Positions 1 to 12,700 of a stretch of DNA of 64,000 bases are shown here, one piece after another. The stretch spans positions 13,710,655 through 13,774,654 of the forward strand of contig NC_134033.1 in the NCBI RefSeq assembly GCF_964204645.1, in the 5' to 3' direction. Within the stretch, counting starts at the first letter, position 1. Each line of letters opens with the position of its first letter. This DNA is from Tubulanus polymorphus. Its lineage: Eukaryota; Animalia; Nemertea. Below the pieces are notes generated by a model, which saw only the letters and a list, made by a program, of their open reading frames with translations, was not told the origin of the DNA and did no database searches. Both the position numbers and the translations under genes were made by a program.

Positions 1-1
1 A

Positions 2-871
2 ATGACGGAGCGCGACGGTTGACACGGAACAGTCCGCATCCGTGGTCGTCACGCTTCCTCTTTCGACCGTGTAAAACTTCTCGCTGGCGTTCGCGTGAAT
101 TTTCTTCATGCAAAGTAACGTCAAAGCGACGTGAATTGACGAGAACAGAAGGAATACCGGGCACAGAATCCCGATAATAGTCAACTGACGGGTCAACGTC
201 GCGCGTAAGAGCGGGTCACAGGCGTTCTTGTAAATCACTTGTAATGGACTATTCGTATTTCGGGAAATCTGTTGACAAGTAGTCGATTTATTGGATATGA
301 GAACTTCGGGAACTAGATCGGCCGCGCATTGACACGATTTCGGATAGATAACCGAATCTAAAGTCGACCAGTCGGTATGATCGAGTACTCCGCAGCAGTG
401 TTCGTTAGTTTGAATCATGAGCAGACAGGGGGCGTTCGAGTCGATCGTTTCGTTCGATACGCCCATATCCAGCATTCGTCTCAGATTAGATTCCAAATTT
501 CCCTCAACGTCCGTGACGTAATGACTCCACGTGAACGCCGTTGCTACTAGCAGCAGAACGCCGATGACCGCGCACACGGCCAGTAGCTTGAAGAGCAAAT
601 TTACCAGATCGAACGTCTGACCTGACGTCACAAAACCCGTGAAACTGAACAGAATCATTATAACCGCCGCGGCGATTGTTACGTAAAGCTCGATTTTGAG
701 ATGGCTGCCAATCAGGCAAGTGGGCAGCTGGGTCATCAGAAAGTTAATGGAGAATCCGAGTAGAATACAGCCTTGTATAAGAAGCAATATGAAGTATAAA
801 ATGTAAACGACGTGGGCAGTTTTAGTGCGGTATATGAGCAAACCAAACCTAGTTGCAGCTTGACTTTTCAT
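2..871 (-). CDS. Tetraspanin-family protein, intronless coding region, C-terminus truncated by window edge
   Basis: Manual translation from ATG 871 is open for 290 codons to the window edge (MKSQAATRFGLLIYRTKTAHVVYILYFILLLIQGCILLGFS...IQTNEHCCGVLDHTDW...YPKSCQC...TTC...IYKNACDPLL...IIGILCPVFLLFSSIHVALTLLCMKK). It has three N-terminal TM segments, a large extracellular loop with CCG, DW, PxSC and a final pre-TM4 Cys, then TM4. The ORF track omits it because there is no stop in the window. Confidence 0.9.
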   Translation of the reverse strand, partial: MKSQAATRFGLLIYRTKTAHVVYILYFILLLIQGCILLGFSINFLMTQLPTCLIGSHLKIELYVTIAAAVIMILFSFTGFVTSGQTFDLVNLLFKLLAVCAVIGVLLLVATAFTWSHYVTDVEGNLESNLRRMLDMGVSNETIDSNAPCLLMIQTNEHCCGVLDHTDWSTLDSVIYPKSCQCAADLVPEVLISNKSTTCQQISRNTNSPLQVIYKNACDPLLRATLTRQLTIIGILCPVFLLFSSIHVALTLLCMKKIHANASEKFYTVERGSVTTTDADCSVSTVALRH

Positions 872-3800
872 CTTTTTAAACGTAGTGCTCGCTCCCGACC
901 GATTGGTTTATCCTACAACTTTTTCATAACTGAAATCAAGAAATAAATAAACTTGAGGAAAGAAACGAAATAACGAGTATTTTTTTACGCAATTCGCCTG
1001 TCTTATTCTTATGGATAAGACGCGTATTTTGCTTCACACCTAAAAAGATTGTCCCAGAGAGGTCTTGAACCGATATCGCATGAATAACGTGCAAAGGCCT
1101 AAAACTCTTTCCCTTTTGTATAGAAAACTGATCTGTCGAACTCTTGATGATTTGTTTCTTAATGTCCTTGTTATATATGAAAAGCTTCATGTTTACCTGA
1201 ATATCCGTCGATTGGAGAATCGCACGCGCTCAAATAACCATAATCTCCTGATTTATACGTATATGACTGACTGCCACACATTCCCGAAGTTTATTTATGT
1301 CAGTAGTATGAAATTGAAGTTTTCCACACGCTATGTAAGAAGAACGAACTCGATTAGCACCTGCTTTCAAATCAGCTCTCATTCAAAATAACGTACATTC
1401 ATGTATATGTATGTGATATATTTCTATTTTCGTGCTGAATAATAGATCTACTTGTTTTTTTTTGGTGACTATATGTTCCTATTACAATATTGCTGCAATT
1501 CTGTCGCGTTATCGCGGTTTTCAGTTCTACTGTTTAGAATTGTAAAGACCGGTATTTTTAATGGGAACAGTTAATATTGCGTTATTGAGTGCACAACCAG
1601 ACAATATCGCTTTGTTTCTGATCGTAGGAACGCCTACTCATTTTTTCATCGAGTTTTCACTCTCAACAGACCTGCGCGGTGGGGTGGGCAGAGCACAGTA
1701 CTACATCAAGATGTGGCGCTTAGATAAGACTTAGAATCGCTCCAAATAAAGCAATCTTTTCTTCACAAATTAATACTGGTCCCAATGCTAGGATTGAATT
1801 GATCGAATTGTCAAAGACCCAGTTGGCCAGCTGGGAGTGAATCAAATTCGATTCGTTTTTTGATTTCAGAATAACCACACTCAACCGTGTGGAGGATAGA
1901 TAATAAGATGAAACCTGCTATAGATGAAAAGTTTTGTTATCGAGGATTTATGCAATCAAAAATCAATTAAAAAGGCACGATCTTTCGAACTCACATTAAA
2001 CATCATCGTCAGGTGTCTTATTAATGAAGTCTTATGAATAAACTTCGATTTTGAAAAATTTCGAATCTGTATGTAGTGGGTTTAATGTTATCATCGTTTT
2101 TGAATGTTTAATGCTAGAATCTAAATCCGTACTCAGAAGCCGTTTAGTCGATTGCCATTTTTCACGAAGGAATTACGAATATCGAGAATTAATAGCTATG
2201 TTCAGAAGCTACGAAGTCAATGGTTATTTCACCCGAAGGAATTACCAATATCGAGAATCGTCTCATAAATTCTGTTTATTCTAGTGTTTCTATTTTTACG
2301 CCTCGGTTATTGTTATCATTATCCTTGTACTCGTTTTCAATGCATGTTTTTATATAGACCGGTTAATCGAATTTTACGGCTTTTCAATGAAGTTCGGTTC
2401 AACTCGATCAAAAGACAGTTTCGTGCTAGAAAATATGTATTGACAAAAGACTTAAATCGTAGTCGTGTTCTGTGCTGATGATTAAATGTCAAATAACATG
2501 TGTCAAAGTCCAAATACCAGGCTCGAATCCCCGATAATAATCATCTTTATTCTATTTATAATTTCTAAAGGTTTGCTTCTATATTTGCTTTGCAGCTATA
2601 TGTCTTGACAGAATTCTAACGGTCGTTCTCTTAGAGCCGACCTACCCCCGTGGAGGTTGCTGAACGTCTACATCAGAATATGGTAGAAATATCATACAAT
2701 AATTCACTTAAGTGCAAGTAAACAATAAAACTGTTAATCAACCTTGCATGGCCACTACGAGTTACTCTTAACGAGTTCCTTTTTTGGGAGCTCGAACGTC
2801 ACTTTTTGACTTCTCTGGGTCTCCTCTATTTTCATCATTACTCTATATTGTAAAAAAAAAAAATCACACGAAATCCTATCCACAATGAGAATAGGAGGAC
2901 GGCGAAAGAGGAGAGAAAGAAGAAGGAAGAACTTTCGAGAGAACGGTGTGGTGTATGGCACTGGTGTAGCTGACGGGGTTTCGCCGGGCGAATACTAATG
3001 AGATACTGTAAAATCAACTGTTTACTTATACTATTAGTCTGAACACGCCTGCCAGTAATGAAAATATATTTCACCATTTTTGACGCCGTAAAAACCGTTA
3101 AATGTTGTATCCGTTGAACCTTGTATTAAGCGGCGTTATTTAAGGGGTTCTGTATGTCGAGTCGAGGTGTACTACGTCATCAATATTGGCGTTTAAAATG
3201 ACGATTACGATTGTGAATTTTGGCGTTTATCTTGTAATCAAAGTACGGCATATTACTGTATTTTATTTTCGATAAATGTCAACGATTATTTTTAGACTGG
3301 TTGCCTGTCAATTCAATTCAATAATCGATATTCTAATCCAGGATAACTTTATTGATCTTAATTACATGATTCATGTTATATCATTTATAGTCGGCAATAT
3401 TAAGCGATATATGTGTTATATATCAAGGCATCAAAAAACTTTCAAGTTAGTTTTCTTGTTTATCATTGATTACGTGTCGCAAGCTTTATCACTTCGGCCG
3501 TTGTTGGGTATTTTCGCTAACGATGGGACTACCATAGTAGATCCAACGTAGTACATCCGTTTATCTATTAACCGCTTATCAATAAGAGCCACATTGACTT
3601 GAATATATATGTTTCACATTATCAATAATATGCACGGAAAGTGATTGTCCAAGAATGTCTAACGACGGAGATAAGATTTATTGCGCCTGGCGCCTCCTAT
3701 CGGTCAATCGGCTCGAGCTTTGAATATTCAAATCGCCGGATCGCGCATGCGCACGTTGCAAAAGCGAATGAGATCGTCTGACAGCGATGGGGAGCAGCGC

Positions 3801-6725
3801 CGTGTACGGGGAATGAAGACGATAGGTCTCGCGCTGACCGGGTGTCGAATACAAGAGAACGCGAGTATAGTTCGTGTAAAGGTACGACGAGGGCGAGAGA
3901 TAGAACACACATCAGTGCGCAACGGTCGTATTAATACCACACAATAGATCAATCAAGCATCTTCTCTCTTCTCTCTTATTCTCTCTCTCCTGTCTCTCTT
4001 TCCTATGAAACGGATAATAAAACAAGTCATGATAGCTGAGGTGAGTGATAAGTATACAAGATGTAATCCGTGTTCACGGTCATTTATACCTGAACACTGT
4101 ATGATAATGGTCATATCTAGGAAAGGTATTTCAAAAAACCTAGGAATACTTATTATACGCAGAGCCGTAAGTAACACATTCAGAATTTTATGAAACGATA
4201 ATTGATATTGACGTAAGAGAAAAGTTATGTTGCATTCTGTTTTAAAGACCCTTTGCATATAAAACTAATGAAACATCTGTAAGTACGGTATATACAAGTA
4301 GATGAATAATCTGCTGTTTGCAAAACATTTAATTTTGTAGTACATTTATGTATCAATAGATTAGTTTAATGACTATAACGATATAAGAAACTCGGATGAG
4401 TTGCAATTTCGTGTCATTGTTCAAGTAATTAGTCTTCTGCGTCTCGGAAGTAAACCGCGCAAATTCTTGAACGTTCAATAAGATAAAAGGAAGCTCTCTG
4501 ATTACTATATAAAAAGTAGAGCTGCTTGGGTTTTATGAGGTAAATCTAATTTTTTTGTGATGCGTGGACAATAGGACTGAATATTCGTGAGATGAGTGCA
4601 AGGAATTATATACAAGCGTCTGTCTCTTTATGGTGACTGAATTGTAGCCATTTTGGATTTGACAAATTTCGTAAAATCACGTGCGGAGCGGGAACTAGTG
4701 CTTTTTTGCTGAATAAATAAAACGTCGTAACGCCCATTTTCCACCCTTATCAGTTAAAGTTTATTCCTTTAATTAGCGGCGAGGTTCGTTCTCCCTCGTC
4801 GGTAGGTTGCCGAAGGCGGCTTCACTTCCTGTTATCGGAACACCGTGTATACAGAGACGTCTATCACGTTCCCGACGGGTGTGAAAAATAACCATAGAAA
4901 ATGTCTCTAATTGGTATCTTGTCTTCAAAAATGCGCGCAACGCTCCAGCAGTGAAACTAGTGAAATTACGAACTGACATGATCGTAATTAAACAGCATCG
5001 GTCGCTTTCACAATAACAACAACGACAACAACGATGACAACAACGACAACAACCAGTGATTTTGATTAACTCACTAATATTTACTCGTCTTAAAGCAGGG
5101 CGGGTCTAGGAGGTATTTTCGATGGTCCAGACATTGGTCTTCCCATTGAGATTCCCCTTTTTGTCAAGAGAGAGGTTGCTGATTAGACACTCATAGCGTC
5201 TTTTCGGATGTATTGCTTCAATAATTTTAACACCAAATTAGGGAAATCTCTACTTGTGGCCTTCGGCGTGGCTACTTTATCTGGGAAATCCACATTCTTT
5301 TCGTGTGGACCCGCCTTTCAATTTTTGTAGATCCGTCTGTCAATGAGTCAATGAAATGGGAAGCCGGGCTGGGATGTTCATATATCTGTGACAGGCTGCC
5401 CACAAACGCCCCAAGGCAGACTGCGTGTGACCAGCAGTTTTATAGATCGCTCGACCAGATCGATGGTTTCGTTTAACTGACGGCTCCGCATTTTCCAACT
5501 GGCATCTCTCTCCCGCAATCTCTGCCCTCTACTTACATACATAAAGCTTATATAGAACATGTCACCCCAATCAGAAAATTAATGTTCAAAATCAATCCAC
5601 AACTGATACACGTGACCAATCAATAGAACGTGAGCATCGAACAGATCTATATTCAACTCGTCGTTGGTCATTATAACACTGTAAGTCTTACGTGAATTAC
5701 TATGAAAATGAACCAGTCGAATTGAATTGTAATTTCTGTCTCACTTCTTTCACAGACGAAAATATATCTAATTCGTTGATGGAATTGAAAATTATGAATG
5801 ATGAAATATATGTTAAGTTAACCAGACGTAAATTATTCATTTTTTTGTTGAGTTCAATGAAGAAGAATGATCGAAGTCAACGATCACTGCCGAATAATAC
5901 TGGACCCAGTTCCACAGTTGTGAGTTCAGATTTGACTCAGAGTTAACATGATTGGATCTGGATCTGGATCCTGAATAGTACGAGAAGAGGATGGAATAGT
6001 ACTTGACTGAGTGTTTCCGCGATAATCTAAATTATCAGAATGAATTTTATCTATTTTCAGTTTCAGAAATCTTGAAGCTGATTGAGGAGGATGGCGAATT
6101 AGTGTATGTACGTATATGAGAAGCCTACATTTTCAATCAGGGCGACTTCTACTGTTGCGTCCACTGATCCGCGTTAATTACGAAGGATTAACGCTGCCAC
6201 CATTTGCCTCCTGACAGCCTTCCATCTCGCTCCCGTACATTACAGTTCTGTGTGTGATCGCGACAGTATATACGTAATCAGCTGTGAATAAATCGTGACT
6301 ACTTAAGGAAACAAACAACGGCGTCCACCAGCTTAGAATCTTCCCTAGCTCGTCTGCCAAGACGCTGTATACCGACCTTGATGATCTGTCGTCTCGTCTG
6401 TGATACACACACACACAGTGGTTACAAATTTCATAATCTGATATCGTTTAGTTCGCAAAACCTCGCATCGAAATAAATAAACAATTATCAGCCTTTATCC
6501 GTGTTCCGTATCTGATTCAAATTCGCGTGAATCAGATAACGAGAGGGAAACGTAAACGTAAACATAAACATTGTCGTTGTACGACGTAAGCGGATATTTA
6601 TAGTGTTCTTAAAAATGGCGATGAAGATACGAAGAGCTTATAAAAAATTCAATTTTTGAAAGAGGCCGATTTTTGCGGATAGCAACATTGTGCAGTGCGC
6701 GCAGACGTGGCGCGCAAAGGACACA

Positions 6726-9700
6726 ATGTCGACCAAAAGCGGAACGACGACCACGACGTCCTCCGAACAAGTCGAAGACTCGAAGAAAGTTCCGCGACGG
6801 AAAAAACCGTCGTCGGTGAATTACGAGAAAAATACCGATAGTAAACAACACTACAAAAGCTCACCGGTACTTTCACAACCTGCCAGCATACCGAGACACA
6901 AGAAAAAAAGTCTGTCATCTTTCGATCCGATACAGCACGCGAAACCAGGCATTCCGAAAGGTCTTGAATACCTATCAATACTCGATAAACTGACCATATA
7001 CCAATATCTAGATGTCGTACAAGGTAAGGCTTCGTGTTAACACACCGACACTTTTAAACCCCCAATTGCTTAACCATTACAAGTGAAATTCCGGGGTCAA
7101 AATAGAATTAACTAATTAGAGAATATATATTTGCGAAAAGACAGCTCATGAAAATGTAGGAATGATCTTTACTCGTTTATATATTGAATCACGTATCATG
7201 AAAGATAGTTGGAAACTGCCAGGGACGGATACAGAGACCAATTTTGAATGACTTGTCACATCCAAAAGCGCACTTTGATGTCGAAAGAGGCAATATGAAA
7301 CTGCACAAATCATCTTTGTTGATAAAATGAAAAGTGGTATTCAAAAAGAATTCGATGGGCTTGTTAAAGTCTCATAAGTCCCTCTGGATCCGCCATCGCC
7401 TGCTGAAATGCTCTGCGAGGCATTCAGTGAGATTGAGGTATGAAAAACGTCTTGCATATCAAGGTACTTATTCTTAATTCCCTAATAGCAAAAAAAACGC
7501 GAAAACAAAATCAGCGATTTTAGCGCAGGACACGCACACATGTGCCACGTCACTGCGCGCTGTCTGCGAGAAACATTTTCAAATATCTATCAAGCAATCA
7601 ATAATTGATGTGAAGAGCCATTTGAAAATTAAATTCTGTTTACTCATGCCTGATTTCTGTAGCCGTATACAGACTGGTTTGACATAACTGGTTTTGATGA
7701 TAAACGCGATGAAAGAGGTACAAGGCGGCGACGGCAGGAAACATGTCTGATCGATTTATTCGTAATTAATTTCTATCCTTCCGAAAAATATCTAATAACT
7801 CTGATCGATCGACGGTAGTTCTAATTTGACAAGAGTTCTCTGTTCGTTTTATCCACTCAAACTAAATTTTTGACATAATTAATTTAGACCGAACGTCCTG
7901 GTGAACCTATAGTGGATCCTCGATTGACATGAGTGGAATCTTCGCTTGCCGGAGTAGCTTGCAGACCCACCACACCTGCCGGGAGATGTTAATCTTTTAG
8001 CCGAAAACGCTCTCTCTCTTTCTCTCTCGTGGGAGAGATTTTTCGGTCGAAGCACTTTCATTTATTCGTCGGCTTTTTCCACCGCTACCACCACACGGCG
8101 TTCGGGGACGTCGCGGCGGGTATGCATGATCATAACGAACAGTCGAGAAATTTCCACGTTATGATTTTGATTTAACGAGACTTGTCACATAAAGTGCTGC
8201 TCGTTACAATCACAGCCAGACGTCGAGCTACTTGACTTAAGAGTTACTTCTTGAAAATCAAGTTTTTTTTCGTAGATTTTAACGGTAACTGTCGGAACCA
8301 ATGAAAGTCAAGTGACTCGAGCATTCTGCAAGGAAAATGGCCGCCCGTCTTGATCGAACATGATTGGTTCTACGCAAATCATTTTAGTTATTTTTTATTT
8401 CAAATATCTGATAACGCCACAAAAATGTCGTGTTCTTCACGGGGGACTCTTGAAGTTGTCACTACCACCGCCAGAGTGAGGGTTTTATTAAGAATCAGTT
8501 GTGTCGGTGAGAGGAGAGTAACCCCAACAACGCAGGAAGTCCCTTGTCCCATCGGATAAGGTACCCACGAATTCGCGGGAATTTCTTTTAGATCGCAGGC
8601 GCTCTACTCACTTAACGTTAACGTGTAACTGGTGGTATTTATATCGGAAAAATAATCCGCGAACCCCGGTTTACAAAACAAGTTTGTCTGTGTTCCCTCG
8701 GGAATCAGTCGAGATTAGCTCATACTTCATGCGTCTTGCTCGTCTTGTATTAGATCAATACAAGCGTAATCCCGGTGATAGTCAGAACAGCGAACCTTTC
8801 ATGTTCGACCAGATGTTATTTTTTTCGCCGCCGTCTCTCTCTCTACTTCATCATCGGCGCAGTTCCGATCGATCCGAGCGTGACGTCACATCCGCTCTAC
8901 GAGTGATGACGTCATCTCATCGTCGTCGATCACGTGACGGCGCCTCGCTCCCTCTCTCGCGTGTGGCCCATTCATAATAATGATATCGTAGAAAAGTGAA
9001 TCGACTGGTAATTACTTGTAAGGATAATTGGAATGATTGGAACATAATTCGTCGGTAGCTCGTATGTACCGCGACTGATCAGAATTCGCCGCCGATCCGA
9101 CGACTAAATAAGATAAAACGGAGCGCGCACTGGTGCCAGCGGATACGAGGCACGGAGAGAGCTAATTTCGTCGGCAACAGTCGACAAAAAAGCGGCGATC
9201 GGACGAATGTTCCGTTTCTGCAGGCGTGCGGTAATTCGCTGCATCGACTCCCAGCGCGCTGTATGTGATGAAAGTCGTTTCGTCTGCGGTTGATGTGGAT
9301 TTACCATTTACCAAAAAATAGCCATTTAATTAAAATCTAAGAATGCCTTTTTCGAGTGAATCGATACTGAAGATTACGATACGATAAGACGATTAGGTTA
9401 GGTTTCCCGCTGGGGCCAGTTTCTTGGAAGAGTTTTTTCGAGCATGTTTTCTGGAAGAGTCTATGATAGATCAAAACGCGTGTGGGTAGGCAATTCGACG
9501 TTGTCACATGGGGGTGGATGAGGGAACCATCATTAATGGAAGGGTCTATAGACCACGTCACTTAGGTTATTTCATCAGAGGGATATGAGCAAGCAGCCAT
9601 GTCTAATGAAGTGTCTCATTGAGTTGTGTCTTGAACTCCAGGTTGGCACGTGGTGAGAGTGGAATTAACTGTTTTCGATTTTGTGAGTGCGATTAACGCC

Positions 9701-12700
9701 GGATACAGCAGGTGAAAATTACCTCACAATATTCCACTGCTCATAAACTGATTAATGAAACGAGGGTTGGGGGATTATTGGCTCTGTTCTGGACGACGCG
9801 GTTGATGGAAGGAACGCATCTTAATACCGCGAAACAAATCACGTTTTGATGTAATAATGCCGATTATGACAATAATTCGTCTTTCTCCCGCCTTGCCACT
9901 GATTGAATCCACGCAGGAAAAATCTCCGTGTGCAAAAACTTACCGCGTTAGGAATTTATTTTCGCAGTATTCCAGCTCGATTCATTGATTTATTGTTTTA
10001 TTTCTAAATTCTTGATTGTCAACAGGTGGACTGACTGTCGCTGCGGCCTCTTTCACGTTGATGTGAGGGGATAGAGTTCACTGACGAACTTATGGTTCAA
10101 CTATAACAAAAGTCTTTATCGTTCTAATTTTTCGTATCATCGTGTTCGAATTAAACTGATTTTTCAATAGTAATTTGTACTTAATTTTGCCAGGAAATAA
10201 CATCATAGTTTTTACGTCATGTGATTATCAAACCTTTGACGCTTTGAAACTGGAACCGAAAGAAGGCAGACAGTCAAGGCATTAACCTATCTGAACCCGA
10301 TATGTTTGATGTTATTGATCCACACTCAACCAGTCAAACACCTCTATTAGCGCGCAGAAATTTCCCATACCGCGCGAGACTCATCGGTAATCAATACAGA
10401 TCTGCAAATTTTCTTACAAATCTTCTTCCCCGATCTCAACAACGGGTGCCGACCCTAGCAAACTGGTCACGTGATGATATCACACGGGTCACGTGACATA
10501 AGGAATGGTCGTAGGCCAATGGATACTGGTCACGTGGCACCGGTTGAATTTACTTGGCCACGTGACACCTACCGACAGACGTGCGAAGAGTTTTTAAAGG
10601 CGGTGTCAATTTTAACGACGTACGTTCGCTGAAAGAAGAGGTTCTTCTACCGTGCTATCTTCCCCTCTTGCTCCTGTGTGATGAATTTCAAACGCATTGC
10701 CGCGCGAATTGACTTGAAGCACTCGTTGAATGACTGGTGAGGAACTTTGATCAGTGGCGGGCTTTTAACGACTTCACAGCGACACACACAGACACAGAAC
10801 ACCTCTTTGTAACGCCGCCGGGGTTTCTTCCGTTCAATGTTCACCCCGTCAGTGATAAGTATGCAAATTAGCGGCTTAATGTAAGACGCAGCGTATTGTT
10901 TCATCTGTACGTATTGACTTATGCGCGCACGTCGTGCGATAGAGATCAGAATTTATGGCCCCATTTTGCATGAAGAAGAAGAAGAAAAAAGGTTGTTAAA
11001 GAGAAGATACACAATATCCTCGTAAGATGAATAATGAGAGAAATCCCACCATAATTTCAGCCAAAAATGAAAAGTTCTGAGGTAAAAATGATATGTATTT
11101 CGTGCAACGTTTCGGCTAAAAACTATTAGCAATCATCAGACGTGCTGAGTACACATTGATTTCGAATTGATGATTGAGCTCAATTTGTTTTAGTATTTCT
11201 TCTAAAGTGTTGAGCAACTTTATTTCTTTTTAAATATCAGGCCCTTTTCCAAAATGTCCGACTTCGTTCAGGAGTAACCGACAATCTCCGGATAACCAGA
11301 GTAGAACAGTGTGAATTTAGCAATAGTTGAATCAGAATCGTGCATTTTCGAAGTATACTCGATCGAAACACAGTTTTAGCTGGTGGCTCTGAAACGCCGA
11401 GTGGTTCCACATATATCTGTGCCGCGATTATAATGGATGTCGAAAGATTCGGAAGCCCACGGCGATAGAGCGCACGACGACATGTTGCCGTGTAGTAGCA
11501 GCAGATTGAGAGAGCGAGCGAGTGATCCGTTACGACACGCTGTAATATGAATAACCGCTTTGATTTCGGTTCGATGAATTTGATAATTCGATTTAACGAA
11601 AGACAAGTTCTAGCGTTGTGTGTGTGTGTGGTGTGTGGTGGCGTGTGTGGTGGTGTGTGTGGTGGTGTGTGTGTGGTGTGTGTGTGGTGGTGTGTGTGGA
11701 GGTGTGTGTGTGGTGTGTGTGATGTGGTGTGTGTGGTGTGTTTTATCCATACCTGAAAGGACAATAGAGCAGCAATCATCGAAGTTCAGGGGTGGATCCA
11801 GGATGAATTCAAAGTCTGGATGCCCTATTGGCCATTCCCCCGAAAATGCTGAAAGATGGGTCTCATTTTCACGCATTCTGAGCGCTTTTAGGCACTATTT
11901 ACTTGATCATCTGATATATATGTTTGAAATAAACAACATTTCTTTGAAATACAGCGATGCAAACAACTGAAAAAAAAATGATACGAAGGCAATTTCCAAA
12001 GGGGAGGGAGGCGTTCTCGAAGTTCCCCTCATCGGATGGACATACACGACGAACTTCCCTTACCAACGATGGCGGGAGAAAGCGAATAGAAAGTTACATT
12101 AACAATATCTCTTATGAAACATACAAATATAAGTAATAAGTTCAAGACGAATACAGTTAACACAGACATTTACACATAACATAACGTAACGTGTATTACA
12201 TAATACATAAACATTTAAGAAGAGTTGAGAAAGAGCCCAGGTTAATCTGACGCAGAATCAGTGAACGTGATGTAAACATATAGTAATCAGATTAGACAGA
12301 TTGATTAATGTAAGTGATTTGAAATATTTTTGCTAAATTCATACCGATGAGGAGGTTTCTCGTGCAGGCCTCGAATCGCTGAATTCTCCTGACAGCTTTG
12401 ATGGGTTAGGGTAACTCGAACATGGATTCTTTGTAATCCGTTCCACTTTCCTGGAGTCGAAATGCGGCATCGAAGTTTCGTCTGTGACTAGCGAAAAAGA
12501 GCTCAGTGCGTTTCTATAACTCCTAAAAACGAATTAGTTGAATTTACGCGCGGAAAATAAAATCTATTATTGAGGAGTAAAACTTTTCTTCAGGCGGCGT
12601 CGATTTGCGAAACCAATGATGATCGAATCGAATTAGCTGCCGATCACTCAGTTCTCTTTCGTAATAGAAAAACAGTTACGACCAGGTTCTTTTATTTCTT

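Noticed and set aside
7673-7717. Candidate scramblase exon 2 (DWFDITGFDDK)
   Set aside because: 20074-20151 matches the family motif and splice phases far better.
11237-11970. 180-aa His/Thr-rich and overlapping Cys/Val-rich ORFs
   Set aside because: They arise from a stop-free GT/GGT microsatellite and contain no domain.
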